DNA of 64,000 bases from Nemertoderma westbladi. Taxonomy: Eukaryota > Animalia > Xenacoelomorpha. Numbering within the stretch: the first letter of the stretch is position 1; each line of letters starts with the position of its first letter. The stretch lies in assembly GCA_032718475.1 (NCBI GenBank), contig JAUCBJ010000385.1:1-64000 (forward strand). The letters run 5' to 3'. The translations under genes and the position numbers were made by a program. Shown piece by piece: positions 22,545 through 34,629 of the stretch. The notes under the pieces are model-generated. The model saw nothing but the letters and a program-made list of their open reading frames with translations. It did no database searches and had not been told where the DNA came from.

Positions 22545-23448
22545 CCGGTCTGCACTAAAACTGGTTAACTAACTAACTGAATCACAAACCGGTAAAGGGA
22601 GGTAATATATGATTGATATACCAATATTGCTTCACCTCCTACGCTACTTTGGCCTGTTACCTAATGGATGCTCTCCTTTGCCCTATCACGCGCTTTCCTC
22701 CCCCTTATTGGCTAATATTCTACTTGTCACCCTTTCACTCTCTGGGAGTGTTTCCCCTCTGCTGCTAGCCTCTGCTAGCTGTGTCCCCTCCGAGGTGGTT
22801 TCGACCTCTAACCTTCCTTTGTGTGTGGCTTCGGGGCTTGTGTTGCCCCCCCCCCAAATGTTGGTTGTGATACGAGATTAATATTGCTAATCTCGTATCT
22901 CCAACATATTGCTGAAAATGCCACTATCCCATTTTCTGGTGGGTAATGAGGCGGAATTGAATCCGCTTACACTCCCCCCATGCTATCTTCCCGGTGAGAA
23001 GATAGCATCAAACCACAAGTGCGCTTCAATTCCGCTGGAACCCGATCTACTATCGGGTGTGGGGTGGAGTTCTTTTCTCGGAGTCGGCTTTCCAGGCCGC
23101 TCCCTCTGGGTATGATATTGCTACCCCTCCTTGGTGCAATCGCAACCTATGTTGCACCAAGACATCTGACGTCTCTGTTCGAGACAATTGTGGACTCTTC
23201 ACACAATTTTCAAAAACTCTCACTCTGAACTCACTCTAACCTCACTCTACTCTCTCTTATGGACCCTATTGTCCCTTACTCTCTCTCTTACTGCTCGCTC
23301 CCCACACTTGAATTGCACTCCTCTCACTTTCTTACGCGCCAACACCTCCTCTCCATACTTCCCTCGTACTCCTCTCATACTCCTCTCGCGCCAATACCTC
23401 CTCTCCATACTTCCCTCGGAACTTACCCCAGTCCATCGGCTTGTGGCA

Positions 23449-25452
23449 AAGGGCCCCCTGGACTGACAACAAAATTCAGAAGTGCCGAAATGACCTTCAT
23501 AAGGCGCAGAAAGAGTCCCGACTCAAACAGACTACAGCGGCCAAGAATGCAGTTAAAGCTGCATCTAGGTCCCTGAACAGGCAGTACTCTGTTAATCTAC
23601 AGGAGCTAATAAACCAACAGGTTCATGCCATCAATGATGCTGACGACAGCAGGCAATCATCCCAGGCATGGAAATCGATCAATCTGCTTACTGGGCGGAA
23701 AAGCCAACCAACCACCAAGGTTAAGGCTGAATCACCAGCCGATCGCCTCAATGGTTGGAAAGCCCACTTTGAAAAGCTCCTCAATAATGACAGGGTATTG
23801 CCTGATAACTTTATAGAAGTAAAAGTGTCTGAGTCTGTACTCCCAGATATTCCCATTGGCGATATCTCCTTTGCAGAAGTGAAGGCTGCTGCAAAGAGCA
23901 TTAAGACCAATCGTGCCAGTGGAGTAGATGGTGTTCCCCCCCCCCCCTGAGGTCTTTAAAATACCTGAGTGTTTAAAGCTCATCTATCCCATCATAGTAG
24001 ACATGTACCGTACAACAAGAGTCCCACAAGAAATAAAAACAAATAAGTTGGTGCCAGTTCCTAAGAAGGGCAACCTAACACTCTGTGGTTCTTTTCGGGG
24101 AATCTCATTGATCTCGATTGCTGCAAAACTATACAATAGAATTCTATTAAATCGCATCAGGGATCCCATTGAGAGACTGCTACGTGGAAATCAGAATGGG
24201 TTCCGTAAAGGTCGTGGGACCATGGAGCCCATTTTGGCACTTAGAAGGATAATTGAAGAGTTATCAAAAAAGAAAGACAGGCATCTGGCTGTTATCTTTG
24301 TTGACTTCTTCAAGGCCTTTGATTCAGTCTCTCGCTCACGTATGTTCAGCATACTTTCATTATATGGGATTCCTGATGAAATTATTGCAGCAATCAGATC
24401 AGTATACGATGGTTCGACAACATTTGTGTCTACTGTTGACGGTGACACAGAACCATTTGAAGTGTTATGGGGCGTCCTCCAAGGAGACACACTTGCACCA
24501 TTCTTGTTCATTATTGTGGTTGACTATGTTCTACGCATGTCCTTAGATCATCATAATGATGAGGGGGTGATGATAACTCCACCTACTGGCTCCAGAAGTC
24601 GAGGAAATCCTGCCAAGTACCTAACTGATCTAGACTTTGCTGATGACTTAGGAGTACTCTCAGAATCATTAGAGGGAGCCCAGCGGCTCCTCAGCTCATT
24701 AGAACATGCTGCTTCTAGTGTTGGTCTTTTTATTAACTCCAGAAAGACCAAAATTCTGACAGTTAACTTTGAAAGTCCTCAGCAAGTCTCTGATCGGATG
24801 AGCATAAGCTCAAAGGATGGTATGCTTGAGCATGTGGACGACTTCTGTTACCTGGGATCATGGATCCGGAAGTCAGGTGAGGATCTTCGAATACGTAAGG
24901 GAAAGGCATGGGCAGCCTTGAATAGGCTTTCCAGGATTTGGAAGTCACCTAGAATTAATCGGAAACTTAAGGTCCGATTATTTAGAGCAGCAGTAGTTCC
25001 AGTACTCCTCTACGGGAGTCCATGCTGGGCTCAAACTGCTGAGGACACCAAATCTCTGGATGGCACATTCACAAGAATGCTACGCCGGGTACATTGTGTC
25101 AAGTACAATGCACACATCTCCAACCAGACACTATATAACATTGGATGTGTCTCATTGGTTCCCCCAAGCTTGACACTAGAACAAAATCGCCTCCGCTTTG
25201 CAGGAGATTGCTTTCGCCGTGAGGACCAGCCAGTGCATAATCTTGTACTTTGGCAGCCTCATGGAGTGAATAAGCATGGTGGACAGCCCATGACTTTCTT
25301 GAGACGCATCTTAAAGGACACTGGCCTTAAAGATGCGGATGATCTAGCAAATGTCATGGGTGATAGGGAGTTGTGGCGGTGCAATTTTGTTGACAAGCCG
25401 GCACAGAATTCTTGAAAATGCAGCTGCAATGCAGCATGCCGATCCTAGACTA
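23449..25452 (+). mobile_element. 5'-truncated RTE-clade LINE (RT ORF, stop at 25415, frameshift in poly-C ~23936-23947)
   Basis: QNGFRKGR, FVDFFKAFDS, GVLQGDTLAPFLF, LDFADD, YLGSWI, LLYGS..W; 11-bp TSD GGCTTGTGGCA (23438-23448, 25453-25463); short CTAGACTA(G) tail. Confidence 0.92.
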
Positions 25453-26343
25453 GGCTTGTGGCAGACAAGCCTCATGAGCTGGCCCCATCGCCACTGCTCC
25501 ACAATGTCCTGTGCCCGGTCCGTGCTCCCCCCGGAACTTGCCCCAGTCCAACGGCTTGTGGCAGACAAGGCCCATGAGCTGGCCCATCCCCACTGCTCCA
25601 CAATGTCCTGTGTTCTCTACCACTCCCAAAGTGCCAATTTTTTTTCTAGTCTTACCCCTGTCTGTGCTATCATCATATCTACCTTGCTACTTACTTCTTA
25701 TCCTGTACCCTACTACTACTATACTATGCCTACATAGTCTTTACTTTCTTACTACGTGGCGCTCTCGGTGCCCACAACTTCTAACTTCTATGTACCCTAA
25801 TACTGCTATTACCTACATAATGCTACTACCTAATACCTACATACCACACCCTTTACTCTCTTTCTACGTGGCGCTTTCGGTGCCCACAACCCCTCTGCTA
25901 CTACTCGTGGTATGTCAATATACCACACTCCCTATTTTCTGCCTACTTCTAACTCTAACGGTACTATGTACCCTCCTACTCCTGTGGTATGTTTATATAC
26001 CACACTCCCTAATTTCTGCCTACTTCTAACTCTGACGGTACTATGTACCCTCCTACTCCCGTGGTATGTTTATATACCACACTCCCTAATTTCTGCCTAC
26101 TTCTAACTTCTTCTTACTCTTACTAACTTCTACTAACTTTCTAACTACTACTTCTTACTAACTTCTATTAACTTTCTAACTACTACTTACTATCTAACTA
26201 TCTACTACTATTACTTTCTAACTTTCTACTATCTCGCTACTTATTTTATTATTATTTATTTATTTTATTTTTATATTTGTGTGGGAAGGGCGTCTCGCCC
26301 TCATTCCCACCCCCCTCAGTCCAAAATATTGGACGACTAAACT

Positions 26344-29300
26344 TCAAGGGCGATTCTTCCAGCAGGCACTCTCCCACTGCTCCCCTTGTAGGTCCTGTAG
26401 GATTCGCCACACTCTCGTTGCCAATTCCAACTCTCTAGGAATTGGTTCTTCCTCCTCCACCACCCTAAAATCGGGTCTTCCAGTCGCCTTTATTTCCTCA
26501 TGGTCCCCTGGCAGCAAGACACCACCCTTCATCTTGTCGCCGCCTGGCGGTAGAATGAAAAGAAATCGAAAGAATAGATATAACAGAATGGATAATACTA
26601 ATCCTATCCCTTTCCACCCTGTCTTCTTATTTGACCTCCTCCTTTTCGGTATGCCTCTCAACCGGACCGGCGTCTCCTCCGGACACTCCACCGGACACTC
26701 CTCCGGAAACTCCTCCGGGCACTCCTCCGGACATCTCGCCATCCACTCTTCTCCATCCTCATACCGATAGTTGCCGGGAACTTCCTTGTTCCATCCCATC
26801 GTCTCTAAGTCTTCCGCGTCGAATCCATTCTCCTCCGCCCACTCTCTTGCTGTTACTTCCCCTCCTAACTGATCTACCGACGGTATTTCTCTGGAACTAT
26901 CCTCTATCCTTTCACCACACTCCACTATGCATGGTTCCAGATCCATAACCAACTCCTGGTATCCTTCCCCGGGCCGATTCTCACATGGGACCTCCCCATC
27001 GCCCGTCTCTGGTTTCTCCTCTACGTCCTTAACGGTGCCTGATAGCATGCACCCTGATGTCTCCGACACCCTGGATGGAATCTTGGTTTTAATTGGGCCG
27101 CTAAGCGTCCATCCGAACGGCATGAGAATCGCCATCGGATCCCGCTGTTTATTCTCCCCGAATATGGTCCTTACTCTCTCGTGGGCCGTCGGACAATCCA
27201 TTCCGACTATGATGGATACATTCGAGATGTCCACTTTCGGTATTGAGAAATCGATATCGTCCAGGAACCGGTATTGCTCGACCTCAATGTTAGTTGGTCT
27301 CCTGGCATTTATGTTGATCGATTCTATTATCTGAATGGGGTCAATGGTCGCCCCATATAGTCATATCCCGGTGCTATTGCTGATATCTCGCACCGTCCCG
27401 TCCTCATCTCCAGGACCTCATCCTTACTCGAGATAGTAGTTATTACCGCCATCCTACTTGGCCTCGTCTGTAACCCTATCTCCTCTGCCACCCAATTCTC
27501 CACCAGCGTGAAGGCTGCTCCGCTGTCGACCAGCATCAATGTCGTAACTGATCGACCACCCCTTCCTGTTATCTTCACTGGTACTACCCCGAGTAGTACT
27601 TTCCACTTTCTTCTTGCTCCTGTCATGCTCGTAGTCATTGTTTGGCCTCCAGTCTCATCGTCTCCTATTGGTGTTTCTCTACACTCTCCGAATCTGTGTC
27701 CTTCTACTACACATTGATGACATAGTCCATTTGTATCCGTGTAGGCTACACGATCTTGTTTAGGCAACGCTTGCCAATGCATACAACTCATGGTCTTATG
27801 GGTTCCATCCCTATGCAATTGGCATTCGTATCCTGGATTGTAGCATTCCCTGTATAGCCCTTCACGTATCGCGCATAGATTCATATCTACCGGTTTGGTG
27901 TTTTGGTTATTTGGACTCGGCCTACTGGGTGTGTTGGGATTATATTTGTTCGTGCTGTTATTTTGTTTCTGTCCCTGCCACGGTGTGGCCCTACTCCCAA
28001 CTAACCGTGGACTAGCAGTCCCCTGCATGGCCACATGTGGTAGCGACTGTCTCACTATTGGGAATGGATCTGCCGGATTATGTTCGGGTTTAGGCCTGTT
28101 GTATTCGGTCTTTGGCGCCTTCCCCAAACTATCCTCACTGTAGACTGGGTCTGTAATCAACTCTGCTTCGTAATTGAGGAAGTTCGACATTTCCTCTAGC
28201 CCTGGCTCCGCACCTTTGTTCTCCCGAGTGGAGAAGGCGATCTTCCTCCACTTGTTCCGTAGCCAGATCGGCAGTGCCTGCGCTATCGTGGTGATGTTAT
28301 TCGATGCGTTGAGCTCGTATGGCGCGTCTAGCGTCTTCAGCACGATTAACGCCTTCTCTACCTTATTCGCGAAGGTCTTTATACTAACAGGGTTATCCTG
28401 TAGGCCACCCGATGTTATTCCCCTCATGGTCTGCCGGCTGATCTTGGCTGGGTGTCCGTATTCCCTGTCTAGGGCCCGCCATGCAGTTGTGAAGCCACCC
28501 CCGATGCCCTGATACTGCCTCACGATATCGTACGCTGGGCCTCCTGTGTATACCTGTAAATATTTTAGGCACTCCGCCTGCATCAGGTTCTTAGTTAATA
28601 TCTCGTTGCTGTACATGCGTCGGCATTGCAGGTATTCTTCCGGTCTGCTTCCGTCGAATTTAAATGGCTCATCTGGTGGTAACTCGATTCTGGTCTGGAG
28701 CGCATCGATAAGTGTTGTCATTCCCATCGCCTGTGCTTCCAATGGGTTCGAGGGATGCTGTACAGACTCTCCTGTTGGGTGCGGTCCGCCTGTCGGGCCT
28801 GTTGATTTTTTCTGTGTCGGATATATCATCGGGGGCAACGGCCCCCTCCATATCTCCGTGTCACACGATCTGTTCTGGTACAAGTCCCTAAAAGGTGCCA
28901 CCCTGCTCCATAGTGCGGGAAATTAAAATGATTGAAAGACATGTTATTTGTACTGGAAAGGGTGGCAGATCAGATCTGCCACCTATATATTGGCGGTAAA
29001 TTCAAATCTGTTTTAACATTGAATACATGAATAGAGTAAGACCAATCTGCCAATGTAATTCATTGAATCAGAAAAATTATTTATTATCGGTTTAACTCAC
29101 TCATCCGTTAATGTTGTTGATTTATCTATTCTGGGACTTCGAGCAGCACGTGAACAATTAAACCAGCAGCACGCTAACTACCGGTAGTCTGGGGCTTCGA
29201 GCACCACGTGAACAACTAAACTGGCTGGTTACCTAGTCTGGGACTTCGAGCAGCACGTGAAAAACTAAGCTGGCTGGTTAACTAGTCTGGGATTTCGAGC

Positions 29301-31680
29301 AGCACGTGTACAACTAAGCTGTCTGGTAACAAGTCTGGGACTTCGAGCAGCACCTAAACAACTAAGCTGACTGGTTAACTATTTTTATAGTCTGGTACAT
29401 GTCTGGAACAGATATAGCAGTATAGGCAGAAGCATTATACACCTATTGTTATTACAGTAGGCTTACCTGCGATATATATCAGTCAGTCAGTTCCCTGCTA
29501 TATTGTTATAATTATAATGTTCTGATGTAATTATAACTGATACAAGAATATAATAAATGTTCTTTACATTTTACTGATAGAAGTTAAGCCAAATCCCCCG
29601 ATCCCCCCCCCCCTCCTCAATTTGCAATTTTGCTCGAAGTTCCAGACTAGTTATAACCAGTCAGTTTAGTTGTTCACGTGCTGCTCGAAGCCCCAAACTA
29701 GTTAACGTGCTGATTTAGTTGTTCACGTGCTGCTCGAAGTACCACACTAGGTAACCAGCCAGCGTAGTTGTTCACGTGCTGCTCTAAGCCCCAGACTAGT
29801 TAACGTCACATTTAGTTGTTCACGTGCTGCTCGAAGTACCAGACTAGGTAACCAGCCAGTTTAGTTGTTCACGTGCTGCTCGAAGTACCAGACTAGTTAA
29901 CCAGTCAGCTTAGTTGTTCATGTGCTGCTCGAAGCCCCAAACTAGTTAACGTGCTGGTTTAGTTGTTCATGTGCTACTGGAAGTCCCAGACTAGTTAACC
30001 AGTCAGCTTAGTTGTTCACGTGCTGCTCGAAGTCCCAGAATAGATAAAAGAACAACTATAACGGATGAGTGAGTTAAACCGATAAGAAATAATTTATTCT
30101 GATTCAATGAATTACATTTAAGTCTTACTCTATTCATGTATTCAATGTTAAAACAGATTTTAATTTACCGCCAAGATATAGGTAGCAGATCTAATCTGCC
30201 ACCCTTTCCAGTACAAATTACATGTCTTTCAATCATTTGAATTTCCCGCGCTATGGAGCAGGGTGGCACCTTTTAGGGACTGGTTTGTTCTGGTCCAGGG
30301 GGTTCGATGTTCTTATTTTCGGTTGAGTGTATTGCTGATATTGTAATGGGGGAATGTCACCCTGCCCCCCCCCCCCCCCCCACCGGTGTTATGTTTGGTA
30401 CTGGGGTTGATGTTAATATATTGGGGCCCATACATCTATCGGCAATAACCCCCCCCCCCCCCTCCCCTGGGTATATGTTATGTCCCTGCATATTATAGTC
30501 ATACTGGTGTGCTGGTACCGGTATAGGCCTATCCACTTCTTGCCTACCTACCGGTATATACGCCGCGACTTCCGGATCTAATCCCGTTGTTCGCGCTACC
30601 CTATCGCCTACACTATCTCTTCCAGCATGGCCTATAGTATGTGCAGTAAGGCCTATAGTATGTCCTGCAGTCTGCCTGCAGGCCTGTGTCTTTCCGGACC
30701 GAAGTTTAACCTTCTCGAATATTCCAAGAAGTCCTCCCCGCGACTACCGTACTCTCGATCGGCAGCTATATCCCGTCGGGAAGTTTCTCTTTGGTCCCCT
30801 CTCCTGTTCTCGTCCTCGTACTGGTACATCCTGTACCCTTCTCCTGGTGTGTGGTGCGTCTCTCCGGGGCGACGGCAATCTCCCGGAGTTCGACCCCACT
30901 GACTCCCTAACTCCATCTCTACTACCGACGGTTCGCTGTCCGTCCTCGCGCTCCGGTTGCTCGTAGCAACGCTTCTTATATTCTCTTCACTTCTTCTCTC
31001 TTCAGTGTAGCGATCCTGCTCATGAGATCTCTCTTCGACCTCCCAGTTAAACTCCACTGTTCTTCTTCTCTCTTCCGACTGACCTCATCTCGCTCGCCCG
31101 CTCCCAGCGTCAACATCTCTCTCTCTGCCCGGCTGGACCCTCCTGGGGATACTCGTCATCCCCCTACTATTCTCCGTCGTCGGGTGCCGCGGTTCACCTA
31201 ACTCGCCCCGCGCATTATCACCGACGCCTGTGGGACATACTCTTCCCCCCCCCCCCCCCCCCTCTCGCCACTAATCTCCCGTGGTGGGGCGCCCGTACCA
31301 CCCCCCCACTCGCCACTTCTTACTTCACTACCTCTTACTTCGCTTCTACGCCCCTCTTGTGGGACATTCTCTGCCCCCCCCCCCCCCCCCTCTCGCCACT
31401 AATCTCCCGTGGTGGGGCGCCCCTAGCCCCCCCCCCCCCCCCCCCACCCGCCACTTCTTACTTCACTACCTCCTACTTCGTTTCTACGCCCCTCTCTAGT
31501 CGACGCATTGTCTCTACTGCGGCTGGGTCTATTCACCCCCGCCTCTCCCTCTACAGGCCTATCAGGCTCCCGTCGGGTTGACTCACCCCTGCTGCTCCCT
31601 GCCTAACTACGTGGCCTTGCAGGCTCCCATTGGGGTGGCTCACCCCCGCTACTCCCTGCCTAACTACGTGGCCTTGCAGG
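26344..31680 (-). pseudogene. Gag-protease-TM polyprotein of element 2, frameshifted and interrupted
   Basis: ORFs 26344-27234, 27327-28901 and 30653-31057 align with the element-1 protein, including LVDSGA, the TM segment and the terminal QWESACWKNRP. Confidence 0.88.
28879..30285. mobile_element. Foldback-like non-autonomous DNA transposon with long TIRs and tandem ~49-bp subrepeats
   Basis: AGTCCCTAAAAGGTGCCACCCTGCTCCATAG.. inverted at the other end; ~250-bp outer TIR plus subrepeats CTGGGACTTCGAGCAGCACGTGAACAACTAA; TSD TGTTCTGG(T), 8-9 bp (28871-, 30286-). Confidence 0.9.
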
Positions 31681-31682
31681 CT

Positions 31683-31976
31683 CGTAAAACATTCGTAACG
31701 CATTCGTATAGCGTGGGAAACATTTGTATATAACATGCGGGACGCATTCGTATAGTGTGCGGGAAACATTCGTATAAGATTAGGGGCGCATTCGTAGAAT
31801 GTGCGGGATTCGAATAAGGTTCGTATTACATTCGATATGCGAATAAAGGATGCGTATTTGGTTTGGTTTTCGCATTCGTATCGCATGGTTCATCTATGTA
31901 ACATTTCAGAATGCGTTACGAATGCGTGAAATATGCGCCATCCCATTCGTTACGAATGCGGATTTTTTACTGGGAT
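31683..31976. mobile_element. One arm of a MITE-like element with CATTCGTA/TGCG repeats at the truncation point of element 2
   Basis: Repeated ATTCGTA motifs ending GGATTTTTTACTGGGA; abrupt loss of homology to element 1. Confidence 0.45.
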
Positions 31977-32420
31977 GTAACCTGCTCCTTCCCTCAATTG
32001 TTAATGTTATCGTATATTCGTTTACTGTTTTGATTAGAAAAGACCGTCTATGTAACCTGCTCCTTTCCCTCAATTGGTAAAGTTATCTTTTATTGTTTTG
32101 GCTAGAAAAGCCCTTCTCTCTAACCTGCTCCTTTCCCTTATTTGGTAAAGTGAACGTTTATTGTTTTGGTTAGAAAAGCCCGCCTCCTGTAACCTGCTCA
32201 TCTCCCTTAATTTGTAATGTTATTGTTTATTGTTTTGGCTTAGAAATGCCTGTCTCTGTGACATTTAATTTTCCTCATTTAGTGATGTGACCGTTTATTG
32301 CTTTGGTTATAAAAGGCCGCCTCTGTAACCCATTGTAAAAGTGATCATTTATTGTTTTGGTTAGAAAATCCGGCCTCTCTAACCTGCTCCTTTCCATCAA
32401 TTGGTAATTGTTTTTGGCTA
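31976..32420. repeat. ~60-bp minisatellite (TGTAACCTGCTCCTTTCCCTCAATTGGTAAAG..TTTATTGTTTTGGTTAGAAA)
   Basis: About 7 degenerate units; same unit at ~22107-22360, and reverse-complement traces at ~39503, ~42913 and ~59935. Confidence 0.85.
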
Positions 32421-33245
32421 TAAAATGATAGTGTTTTGCTACGTCATATGGTAATCGATTATCGACAACAACCATAAACTATTAAATTAGGAGTCTTTTA
32501 CCACAGGCACAGGTGCATATGGAAATCTATCTCAGAGTGAAAAACGGAGAAGAGGAATCATGGAATTTTGAATGTTTTGCCACAAGTATTGTAAATTAAA
32601 CTGACTGACAGTCCAGAAGTCAACAAATGTTGAATGTTTTGGCACAGGCATAGTGAAATCAACTGTCCGACAGTCCAGAAATAAAGCATTGAATGTTTTG
32701 GCACAGGCATGCTGGTTTATGTGACGACAGTCCAGAAATCAGCAGTTTGACAGTTTGAAGAAATGCATACATAAAAAGTATTTCAGAGGACAACAAAAGT
32801 CATTGTGCACAATTCGTAAAAAAAAGGCGGACAAACAAGTCAAAATAACACGGACATAAAAAATCAATGCCTTTTAAATGTCAGACGTTTTACTAAGAAA
32901 TAATAAGTTTTGCATAACCGCTGATAACCATTATTTTATTTTATTATTTTTTTGTGCAAATGTTTCTTTGAAACATAGCCTACAGTATGGGCAGTTGTGT
33001 CTGTCTGACTGCTGGACTGTTTACTTCAATTCACAATTTCTAAATTTCAATGTTTCAAATGTTGGTACCGGTACTGCACTGCATTGCAGCATTATATTAT
33101 TAACGGTACCTATCTCAATATCTCTGTAGGCCTACCGGTAGGCCTATCTGAGTTCAGGAGTAGTTGGTTCTGAAGTTTATAGGTTTAGGCGTTAATACAC
33201 CCCAAATACTGAAATACAGTATAAAACATAAATCCCATAGCCTAA

Positions 33246-33719
33246 GGGGTGCATGTAAAGAGCGGACTGCGGATTGCCAAAATCCGCGCGGTCAATTTCA
33301 ATTATCGACTTCCAAACTAAGAATCCGCTCTTTTGTTGTCTGGACAAATGGCGGACTGAAGCCGGTAAATTGTAACCTGATTGGCTCAATCATTTACATA
33401 GGCTGAAAGGGAACTTAAAGAATGAATCATCCCATTGGCTTTTAAATGTTTACCATTGTGCAATACTATAATACAGGAAATAATTATCCCATACAGTAAG
33501 TATACGTGGACTGTTGATTAAGGGCCTACTATACTGCTATATATAATCAATAATCAATGCGGCCCCCATGTAAATGATTGAGCCAATCAGGTTACAATTT
33601 ACCGGCTTCAGTCCGCCATTTGTCCAGACAACAAAGAGCGGATTGTTAGTTTGGAAGTCGATAATTCAAATTGACCGCGCGGATTTTGGCAATCCGCAGT
33701 CCGCTCTTTACATGCACCC
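33246..33719. mobile_element. PIF/Harbinger-like MITE with ~155-bp TIRs directly upstream of PRKRIP1
   Basis: GGGTGCATGTAAAGAGCGGACTGCGG.. and its reverse complement; TAA on both flanks (33243-33245, 33720-33722). Confidence 0.8.
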
Positions 33720-33789
33720 TAACCTCAGGCCTGAAGGCTGTACTGCTGTAAGGGATTGGTGGTTTAAGATTTTAAAAATATATGAAAAA

Positions 33790-34629
33790 ATGGCTTCGGA
33801 AGAAGTAACTTACGAGAACGTGGATGAATTCTGTTTGATTCGACGGAAAAAGTTTGAGAAAAAACAGAAAGAAAAGGAGGAATTCCGTTTGATAAAGACT
33901 GCAACGGACGAGCAGCGGATGAAACTGGAGCGATTAATGAGCGACCCGAGTAAACCCGTACACATCCCGGAGCCGAGGGCCTCGAGGAAACCGCGAGAAC
34001 CCCCGAAGTTTATCCACAACGTGATGGGATCGAGTGCGGGAGCCGGAAGCGCCGAGTTCCATCTGTACCGGGCGATGCGACGCCGTGAGGTGAACCGGCA
34101 GGAGTGGATGGAACGGCAGTCGGAGCGGGATGCGTTGGACGCACAGTGGGAGGAACGGGTGCGGGACAATCGGGAGAGGGAGGAAGAGAGAACAGCGAGG
34201 AGAAGGGAGAAACGGTTAAAGAAGAAAAGGGGAGGAAAGAAGAGGATGTTGGATGGGGGTAAAGGGAAGGGTGGTTGTAAAGTGGAGGGCGGAGAGTCTA
34301 CTGGGCCGGAACCATCTGAGGATGGGGAAAGTGATGCCGCCGATAATATTGACTCAAATAACGGCACCGCCGATAATATTGACTCAAATGTCGCCGCCGA
34401 TAATATTGACTCAAATAACGGCGCCAATAATATCGACTCAAATCGCGGCGCCAATAATATTGACTCAAATAACGCCGCCAAAATTATTGACTCAAGTAAT
34501 GGCACCGCCGATAATATTGACTCAAATGTCGCCGCCGATAATATTGACTCAAATAACGGCGCCAATGTTATTCACTTAAATCACACCGCCAATAATATTG
34601 ATGAGTCAACTTATACTAATACATTATAA
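33790..34629 (+). CDS. PRKRIP1: PRKR-interacting protein 1 homolog (DUF1168), intronless, with C-terminal (A/N)DNIDSN repeats
   Basis: LERLM..P..PV.IP..PPKFIHNVMGSSAGAGSAEFHLYR.MRRRE..R and the K/R-rich tail. ATG at 33790 preferred because the longer ORF start lies inside the MITE. Confidence 0.9.
   Translation: MASEEVTYENVDEFCLIRRKKFEKKQKEKEEFRLIKTATDEQRMKLERLMSDPSKPVHIPEPRASRKPREPPKFIHNVMGSSAGAGSAEFHLYRAMRRREVNRQEWMERQSERDALDAQWEERVRDNREREEERTARRREKRLKKKRGGKKRMLDGGKGKGGCKVEGGESTGPEPSEDGESDAADNIDSNNGTADNIDSNVAADNIDSNNGANNIDSNRGANNIDSNNAAKIIDSSNGTADNIDSNVAADNIDSNNGANVIHLNHTANNIDESTYTNTL

Larger units (their letters stand above)
21459..31682 (-). mobile_element. Second, diverged copy of the gag-protease-TM LTR family, lacking its 5' end and carrying three nested insertions
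   Basis: LTR 21459-22971 (TGTGACGGGATC..CTTACA, interrupted) followed by the same PPT; internal sequence collinear with 2621-7800; no 5' LTR found. Confidence 0.88.

Noticed and set aside
23936-23947. Programmed frameshift in the RTE ORF
   Set aside because: Falls in a C12 run; poly-C lengths vary throughout the window, so slippage or sequencing error is more likely.
33574-33789. N-terminal 72 aa of the 351-aa PRKRIP1 ORF
   Set aside because: Mostly derived from the MITE arm; the ATG at 33790 is more plausible.
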